Shown here: positions 57,346 to 64,000 of the stretch, piece after piece
Numbering within the stretch: position 1 is the first letter of the stretch
Layout: each line of letters opens with the position of its first letter
DNA from: Candidatus Hydrogenedentota bacterium
Lineage (GTDB): Bacteria > Hydrogenedentota > Hydrogenedentia > Hydrogenedentales > SLHB01
Length of the DNA stretch: 64,000 nt
Reading direction: 5' to 3'
Assembly: GCA_045863335.1 (NCBI GenBank)
Contig: BTVY01000002.1
Span: 32,001-96,000 of the forward strand
Translations under genes and position numbers: made by a program
The notes under the pieces: model-generated
What the model was told of the DNA's origin: nothing
The model's database searches: none
Seen by the model: the letters and a program-made list of their open reading frames with translations, nothing else

Positions 57346-58407
57346 TTGGGGATTACGCATCGAGAGAATTTTGAACGGATGATACGAGACGGCCGCGCGG
57401 GATGGATCCCGTTCACGCTGGACGTGGGAGGGGTTCCGGGTTTCACCGGTCCGATTCTCGAACGCTGCGAGCGCGAAACAGGGTCACGCCACCCCGAGGA
57501 GTACTTTGATTACGACTTCCGGACGGTGTCTCTGAAGACACGGTTTGGCGGGGACGACCCGGCAGCCCTCCACGCCTCGGTACCCGGCGGGACGACCTTT
57601 GACGAGTGGGGCATTGGCCACTGGGCGGGCGGCGCGACGGGGACGTATGAGAAGACCTTTCCCCCACTCGCGCATGCTGAATCGGTGGCGGACGTGGAGT
57701 CGTTTCCGGTTCCGATCATCGAGGAGGGAACAGCAGCGGAGACAGCGCGGGGTTACCGCGAACGAGGGTATCCGGTATTCGGGTATGCGGGCAGCATCTA
57801 CGAATGGTCGTGGTGGCTTCGGGGGATGGAACACTTCATGATGGATCTCTTGTCCAACGCGCCGTTGGCGGAGGCCGTAGTCGGGAAAGTGGCGGGGTAC
57901 ACGAAAACGCTGGCGCTGGAATCGGCGGCCGCTGGAATCGATGTGCTCTGTTTTTACGACGACGCCGGAATGCAGACAGGCATGCAGATCGACCCGGACC
58001 TTTGGCGGAAATTCATCAAACCGCAGTGGAAAGGTATTCTCGATACGGTGCGGGCGGAGCATCCAAACGCGTGTTTTTTCCTCCACAGCTGCGGCAACAT
58101 CGAGGCGATCGTTCCAGACATCATCGAGGTGGGTTTCGATATCCTCCACCCGATTCAACCCGAATGCATGGACTTCGCGGCCATACACCGGGAATATGGA
58201 GCGGACATTACTTTGTGCGCAACGATCAGCGCGCAGAAGCTGTTCCCCTTCGGGACGCCGGAAGCGATTCGCGCGTGGGTCAAGCGAACCCGGGAATCCT
58301 GCGCGCCGGAGAATCGCGCGATCTTGTGTCCGTCGAACATGGTGCAGCCGGAGACGCCCTGGGAAAACATCGTGGCGTTCGCAGAGGCGGCGCGAAACCG
58401 GGGTTGA
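57346..58407 (+). CDS. Uroporphyrinogen decarboxylase/MtaA-CmuA-like family protein
   Basis: DEWG, LRGME, DDAGMQ, LHSCG, LHPIQPECMD, PWEN. Confidence 0.8.
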   Translation: MGITHRENFERMIRDGRAGWIPFTLDVGGVPGFTGPILERCERETGSRHPEEYFDYDFRTVSLKTRFGGDDPAALHASVPGGTTFDEWGIGHWAGGATGTYEKTFPPLAHAESVADVESFPVPIIEEGTAAETARGYRERGYPVFGYAGSIYEWSWWLRGMEHFMMDLLSNAPLAEAVVGKVAGYTKTLALESAAAGIDVLCFYDDAGMQTGMQIDPDLWRKFIKPQWKGILDTVRAEHPNACFFLHSCGNIEAIVPDIIEVGFDILHPIQPECMDFAAIHREYGADITLCATISAQKLFPFGTPEAIRAWVKRTRESCAPENRAILCPSNMVQPETPWENIVAFAEAARNRG

Positions 58408-58423
58408 CCCGCCAATCGAATCG

Positions 58424-61075
58424 TTACGACGCGCTTGTGATGTTGAATCCGTCTACCCGTAGTACGGGCGCCGCGCCGCCGAGGTCTGCTGTCGCAAAGG
58501 TCGCCGTCACCGTGCGGCTGGCGCCGGGAAGCAATGAGAAGTCATTGTCCTCCCAATAGCATGGGGCGATTTCGAGACCCTCTTCCCCTTGCTTGATTCC
58601 CAGATTAATGAAGAAGGCAATCTGATCCGTGGGATTCTCGAGGGTAACCGTTGCCAGGGTTTCCTCGCCCTTCTCGGAGGTTTCCATCGTCGCGTTGATT
58701 GCCACCTTGGGCAGACTGCGCAGCGCAGTCAGATCCGCGACCGACTTCGCGTTGATTTGAAAGTCCATCCAACTGTCTTTCAATTCTCCGGGAATGTCGG
58801 GCACGGTTGAGAGCCAGTATAGATTCTCCGATATGCGATTCCCTGCCGCGTCGTCTAACGTGAGAACCAGAAAGTAGGTGGTGGATAGTCCTTCCGGAGT
58901 ACCGACGACAAAGGCTTTGGCCTTGCCGTCGGGGCCGACTTCGACAGTTGCGTTCTCTGCGTACAGCTCCGTCATGTTGAGGTTCAAAATCCGGGCGGTG
59001 ACCTTCAAGTCGTCGTAGGGTTGATAGAGACTGTTTACGACCCAAACCGACCGGTCGTCGTAGGAATACTGCACGTGCAGTGATTCGCAGGCTTTCTTTG
59101 CTCCGTAGTAGGCACCGGTGGGTACGAGGTAGTAGTCCACGTAATGCCAGGTCATGACCGCAGGCCACGCGGCGTTGTACTTCCAAGTTGTGATGCCGGT
59201 GGCGTCGTACTTATTGCGCGCGTAGGCTTCGTACATGGCGCGGGCGCTCTCGTAGTTCATCACCTGAGCCGTCATGCAGAAGTCGTCAATGTCTTTCGGC
59301 TCGCCATAGCGCGTGTTCAGGGACTTGACGGTTTCGCGGAAAAAGTCGCCCTCCTGAATCACGGTGTGGAAGGACATGGCGTCGGTCCAGATCGGCCAAA
59401 GCTGGTCTTCCGGAATCATGCGGCGGACGCTCTCGATTTGCGCGACGATGCCGCCGATTCCGCCGGATTGCGCGAATCCCCACGCATATTCTTCAAAGGC
59501 GTCGTTGTAGTATCGCGTGGGGTCGGCGTAGGTCCAGAGTTCGCGCGTGCCGGTGCGCGTGCCGCCCGTATCGAAACGGTCATCCACCTCGAAGGCGCCG
59601 GAATGAGGCTGATACGTACGACCGGGAGAGTACTTGTCGATGATGCCCCGGTAGGCCTCGTCGAGCCGGTCGGTGGGGAATGTCTCGTCGTGTCCCAGGA
59701 AATGGACGAGGCTGGGATGGTTGCGAATGCGCAGCACGCTGTCGCGGATGCAGTCAACGGCGAGTTCTTCGTCGGGAATGCTGCGCCCGAAGAGTTGCTG
59801 CGTGACCATGACGCCCAATTCGTCGCAGGTGTCGTAGAACTGATCCGTTTCGCGGATGGAGAAGCCCTCGGACCGCAGCATGTTCAGGTTGGCTTCGCGT
59901 GCGTAACGCACGAGCGCCCGGTCGCGCCGTTCGCTGAACCGCAGCAGCATCTCGTTGGTCATCCACGCGCCGCCGCGAATGAGCACATCCTTTCCGTTGA
60001 CCTGGTATCTGCGCCAGCCTTCGTCATTGATGTAACTCGTGGCGTGACGGATACCAAATCGGGTGCCCGCGGAATCCGAGATCTCGCCATTCACTTCAAC
60101 CTGCATTGATACTTCGTAGAGATTCTGCGGACCCAACGGATTTGGCCACCAGAGTCTCGGATTCTCTATCGAAAGCGCCGGGCACTGGACCGGCGTGATG
60201 TGGATCCAGCGGGCTTCCTGGGGATACAACTCCACCGTATCGGCGAACGTGATACCTTCAATGGAACCGCTGACTTCGGCGGTAATGCGCTCGGTCGTGA
60301 GATTGGTGACCTGCACCTGTACGGTCAGGTCGGCGCGATCCAGGCCAGGCAGACTCAGGTCGCTCTGGATGTAAGGATGACGCAGCATTGCCGGTCCGCA
60401 GGTTGTCAGGTAGACCTCGCGCCAGACGCCCATGTTGAGGTCCGGCGGTTGCGGGTTGTGATCGTCCCAGCCGGTAGTTGCCTCAACCTGTTTCGTTCGG
60501 TAGGCGCCTTCCGGGAGTTTCCCCGGCGCGAACACTTCTATTGCGAGAGCGTTCACCGCGCCGCGTTTAACAACATCCGTGACGTCAAACTCGAAGCGCT
60601 GGAACATACCGCGTACGGTGTCGTCGCCGGCGACCTTGACGCCGTTCAGCCAGACGTTGGCTCGGTAGTTAATCCCGTCAAGGTGGAGGCGAATATGATC
60701 GTCAGGAAAGTCGGAGGGGATTGTGAACTCCGTCAGGTACCACCAGGATGGATAGAATGGGCTGTCCTCACTCATTCGCATCCAACGGCCGGGTTGATAT
60801 CCAGGGATTGCTTTGAGATTCTCGCCGAAGTAGGGATCGGTATACACACCGTTTTCGACGAGTGCGGCAAGGACAGTGGTAGGCAAAGTCACGGGATACC
60901 CGTCCCCCGTTTGCGCGCCTGGTGTGGACAGTGCGGCCCCATCAGGCTGGCTCATTTGCGCCGAGGATACAAGCCGCCACGCGCCGTCGACTGGCAACGG
61001 ATTGGACTGGCCAACCGCTCCTGTAGTCAAGCCAAAGAAGACGGCCAACAGCAATAGCTTATCCCGGTACATCAT
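58424..61075 (-). CDS. Exported GH2 glycoside hydrolase (CsxA/beta-mannosidase-like)
   Basis: DGINYRANVWLNG, LWWPN.LGPQNLY, FGIR, IRGGAW, RNHPS, NYESARAMYEAY. Confidence 0.8.
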   Translation of the reverse strand: MMYRDKLLLLAVFFGLTTGAVGQSNPLPVDGAWRLVSSAQMSQPDGAALSTPGAQTGDGYPVTLPTTVLAALVENGVYTDPYFGENLKAIPGYQPGRWMRMSEDSPFYPSWWYLTEFTIPSDFPDDHIRLHLDGINYRANVWLNGVKVAGDDTVRGMFQRFEFDVTDVVKRGAVNALAIEVFAPGKLPEGAYRTKQVEATTGWDDHNPQPPDLNMGVWREVYLTTCGPAMLRHPYIQSDLSLPGLDRADLTVQVQVTNLTTERITAEVSGSIEGITFADTVELYPQEARWIHITPVQCPALSIENPRLWWPNPLGPQNLYEVSMQVEVNGEISDSAGTRFGIRHATSYINDEGWRRYQVNGKDVLIRGGAWMTNEMLLRFSERRDRALVRYAREANLNMLRSEGFSIRETDQFYDTCDELGVMVTQQLFGRSIPDEELAVDCIRDSVLRIRNHPSLVHFLGHDETFPTDRLDEAYRGIIDKYSPGRTYQPHSGAFEVDDRFDTGGTRTGTRELWTYADPTRYYNDAFEEYAWGFAQSGGIGGIVAQIESVRRMIPEDQLWPIWTDAMSFHTVIQEGDFFRETVKSLNTRYGEPKDIDDFCMTAQVMNYESARAMYEAYARNKYDATGITTWKYNAAWPAVMTWHYVDYYLVPTGAYYGAKKACESLHVQYSYDDRSVWVVNSLYQPYDDLKVTARILNLNMTELYAENATVEVGPDGKAKAFVVGTPEGLSTTYFLVLTLDDAAGNRISENLYWLSTVPDIPGELKDSWMDFQINAKSVADLTALRSLPKVAINATMETSEKGEETLATVTLENPTDQIAFFINLGIKQGEEGLEIAPCYWEDNDFSLLPGASRTVTATFATADLGGAAPVLRVDGFNITSAS

Positions 61076-61301
61076 TCTCACTCTACCCCCTGGTTCCGAT
61101 TGTCCGGCCGATCAATTCGGCATCCATTGTGCCACATCGATTCTTCCGGGGCATCCCGTCTCATCCCGATCCGGATCGATACGAATCTATGCCGAATGCG
61201 ATCCGGGATTTGATTGCAGGTCTAAACGTGATTAGACTATTTTAGTTTCTGTAAATTACGCGCCGGAAGAATTGAACGAGCCAAACGATTTGGGGGCGAC
61301 C

Positions 61302-62990
61302 ATGCGAGTCCTTTCGATTTTTGTTACGTGTTTCCTTTGTGGAATGGCCAGTGCGCAAGACGCAGCATTGCGGCTACCCGTGGATGAATATGTCACCCGG
61401 ATGAAAGCCGGCTGGATCGGCCAGATGGCTGGCGTGGGCTGGGGCGCGCCGACCGAGTTTCAATTCAACGGACAGATCGTTCCCGAGAGCGATATGCCTC
61501 AATGGGAACCGGTGCTGGTCAATCAGTTTTGGCAAGACGACCTTTATGTTGAGATGACCTTTCTGAAGTCGCTGGAAGATTACGGATGGGACGTTACGCA
61601 TAAGCAGGCCGGGCTCGATTTCGCGGTGAGCGCTTACCCGTTGTGGCACGCGAACAACACGGGTCGCAGGAACCTGCGTGAAGGGATCGCGCCGCCAGAC
61701 TCGGGCCATCCGCAGTTTAACTCCCACGCCGACGATATCGACTACCAAATCGAGGCCGATTACTCGGGCCTCATCGCGCCGGGATTGCCAAACGTACCCA
61801 TCGCGCTGGGGGAAACCTTCGGCCGGATCGTGAACTATGGCGACGGATTGTACGGTGGGCAGTTTGTGGGCGGCATGTATGCCGCGGCGTTTTTTGAAAC
61901 CGATCCGGAAACGATCGTGCTTGCGGGCCTGGATTGTATTCCTGCTGAGAGCCAGTACGCGGAGTGCGTTCGGGACGTGATCGCATGGTGGAAGAAGAAT
62001 CCGGACGATTGGGAAACGACCTGGCACGAGATCGAGGCGAAGTACAACGAGAATCTTGACTACCGCAAGGCCTCCTGCGGCGGCGCGAAGAAGACCTTTA
62101 ACATCGACGCCAAGATCAATGGCGCGTATATCGTTATGGGACTGCTCTATGGCGAGCGCGACCCTGACAAGACCATCGAAATTGCCACCCGTTGCGGACA
62201 GGACTCGGACTGTAACCCGTCGAGTGCAGCGGGAATCCTCTTTACGTCGCTCGACCTGCCGAACGTACCGGACAAGTTTACGTCGGATTTAAAGCCCGAC
62301 ACGGTGTATTCCCACACGGAGTACTCTTTTTCCCGGCTGATCGAAGTCTGCGAGATGCTCGCGCGGGATGCGGTGGTGCGTGCAGGCGGGAGCATTGAGA
62401 AAGAGTCGGATGGACGCGAGGTATTCGTCATTCCCCGACAGACGCCGAAACCATCGCCGTTTGAGCAAAGTTGGAACCCGGGACCAATCGCCAACAGCCG
62501 GTATTCAGACGCGGAAATGGAGGAGCATATCCGCTCCAAGAATTTGTCGGACGGGCGAACGGATATGAGTCTAGTCATCCCCCAGTTTGCCGAGGGGTGG
62601 CAGATTGAAGATTGCGGCCTGGAAATGGACCCCGGCATTCGAGCTACGTACCGGGGAAAAGAAAACGTACTGGTCACCCACCCCGACGACGGCGCCACGC
62701 CCTGCGTTATCTGGCGGGAGGGAACCCTTCCCGCAAACTCCAAGGGAACGCTGCGGCTCACCATGAGCCATCACGACGGCGGCGATTGGCAACTTATCGT
62801 AAAGCTTAACGGCGAGGAGGTGGTGAACCGCCCGGTAAGCGAAGCGACCGTGACCGATGGCTGGCTTACGGTCGACATCGATCTCGCGCCCTACGCCGGA
62901 CAGACGGTCAAGGCGGAAATCCTGAATGCGCCGACGGGATGGTTCTGTGAAGCGGCATACTGGGGCGAGATTTCGCTGCTTGGGTTGTAG
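61302..62990 (+). CDS. Exported ADP-ribosylglycohydrolase-family protein with C-terminal beta-sandwich
   Basis: GQMAGVGWGAPTEF, QDDLY, DIDYQIEAD, CGQDSDCN; signal peptide. Confidence 0.75.
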   Translation: MRVLSIFVTCFLCGMASAQDAALRLPVDEYVTRMKAGWIGQMAGVGWGAPTEFQFNGQIVPESDMPQWEPVLVNQFWQDDLYVEMTFLKSLEDYGWDVTHKQAGLDFAVSAYPLWHANNTGRRNLREGIAPPDSGHPQFNSHADDIDYQIEADYSGLIAPGLPNVPIALGETFGRIVNYGDGLYGGQFVGGMYAAAFFETDPETIVLAGLDCIPAESQYAECVRDVIAWWKKNPDDWETTWHEIEAKYNENLDYRKASCGGAKKTFNIDAKINGAYIVMGLLYGERDPDKTIEIATRCGQDSDCNPSSAAGILFTSLDLPNVPDKFTSDLKPDTVYSHTEYSFSRLIEVCEMLARDAVVRAGGSIEKESDGREVFVIPRQTPKPSPFEQSWNPGPIANSRYSDAEMEEHIRSKNLSDGRTDMSLVIPQFAEGWQIEDCGLEMDPGIRATYRGKENVLVTHPDDGATPCVIWREGTLPANSKGTLRLTMSHHDGGDWQLIVKLNGEEVVNRPVSEATVTDGWLTVDIDLAPYAGQTVKAEILNAPTGWFCEAAYWGEISLLGL

Positions 62991-63045
62991 GCTTTCGCTT
63001 TTCGACCGGCAAAGTAAGAGTTTGCGACAGAAACGCGCTTGCCTA

Positions 63046-64000
63046 CTATGCGATGATGTCGTGGACGACGTTGCCGTAGACGTCGGTGAGGCGGTAGTCG
63101 CGGCCGGCGTAGCGGTAGGTTAGTTTTTCGTGGTCGATGCCCATGAGGTGCAGGATGGTCGCGTGGAGATCGTGGACGTGCACCTTGTTCTCCACGGCGT
63201 GCCAGCCGTAATCGTCGGTCGCACCGTAGGTCATGCCGCCGCGCACCCCGCCTCCGGCCATCCACATGGTGAAGCCGAAGGGATGATGCTCGCGTCCGTT
63301 ATCGCCTTCCGCGGTGGGCGTGCGGCCGAACTCTCCGCCCCAGAGGACGAGCGTGTCTTCCAGCAACCCTCGCGCTTTGAGATCCTTCAATAGACCCGCA
63401 ATGGGCTTGTCGGTTGAGGCGCAGTTCATGGGCAATTCTTCGCGCAAGGAACCGTGCTGATCCCATAGCTGGCAACTGCTGCGCTTGGACGTTTGGGTAT
63501 GGTAGACCTGCACGCAGCGAACCCCGCGCTCGATCATGCGCCGCGCCATGAGGCACTGCTTGCCGAAGATCTCCGTCACGGGATTGTCGAGTCCGTACAG
63601 TTCCCGCGTCGCCGGGGATTCGCCGTCCAACGCGAAGGCTTCGGGCGCTTCGGTCTGCATGCGATACGCCAGTTCAAATGACTCTATCCGGGCGCTTAGC
63701 CGGGAGTCTTCCTCGCGCAACGCGGCGTGTTGCTGGTTCAGTTCCTTCAATGCGTCCAGCTGCATACGCTGCGTCTGCCGATCGAAGCGGTCGTTGCTCA
63801 GGTCCGCGATGGGCTCGTTCAAATTGGCAACCAAAGTGCCCTGGTATGCGGCGGGCAGAAAACTGGAACTCCACAGCGGCGCGCCCTGCGCCGGCTGGGC
63901 CGGACTGAGCACGACGAATCCGGGCAGGTTCTGGTTCTCGCTGCCGAGTCCGTAGAGCAGCCAGGATCCGAGGCTTGGCCGGGAGAAGGTCTGCTCGCCG
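63046..64000 (-). CDS. DUF1501 family protein (3' part)
   Basis: FELAYRMQ, CLMARR..ERGVR, WDQH, WGGEFGRTP, HVHDLHATILH, RDYRLTDV; truncated by window edge. Confidence 0.9.
   Translation of the reverse strand, partial: GEQTFSRPSLGSWLLYGLGSENQNLPGFVVLSPAQPAQGAPLWSSSFLPAAYQGTLVANLNEPIADLSNDRFDRQTQRMQLDALKELNQQHAALREEDSRLSARIESFELAYRMQTEAPEAFALDGESPATRELYGLDNPVTEIFGKQCLMARRMIERGVRCVQVYHTQTSKRSSCQLWDQHGSLREELPMNCASTDKPIAGLLKDLKARGLLEDTLVLWGGEFGRTPTAEGDNGREHHPFGFTMWMAGGGVRGGMTYGATDDYGWHAVENKVHVHDLHATILHLMGIDHEKLTYRYAGRDYRLTDVYGNVVHDIIA

Overview
GC-rich bacterial chromosome segment. The gene content (DUF1501, redoxin/cytochrome-c/Cu-monooxygenase protein, Tat-exported Gfo/Idh/MocA, UroD-like proteins, REP-like palindromes) suggests a Hydrogenedentota/PVC-like organism, but this is an inference. 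Most of the window is housekeeping or catabolic: metY, a metX-metW fusion, rfbA, hemE, cca, mrfAB-like repair genes and several glycoside hydrolases. The main accessory feature is a ~10.2 kb element integrated at tRNA-Pro(CGG) and bounded by an exact 50-bp att duplication (42601-42650 / 52757-52806). It looks like a PICI-type phage satellite: integrase, two AlpA/Xis HTH proteins, a DnaB-N/AAA_25 helicase with an iteron cluster, a cos-like site, P27-type TerS, an HK97 major capsid, a putative decoration protein, an ERCC4 nuclease and a Panacea toxin-antitoxin cargo. It has no portal, TerL, protease or tail genes. Other notable observations are a tRNA-Leu with the rare bacterial A34 anticodon AAG, a GH2 that appears to lack its nucleophile Glu, an M1 pseudo-peptidase, a triple glycosyltransferase fusion and several REP/MITE-like repeat families. 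All family assignments come from recognising motifs by eye; no database searches were run.
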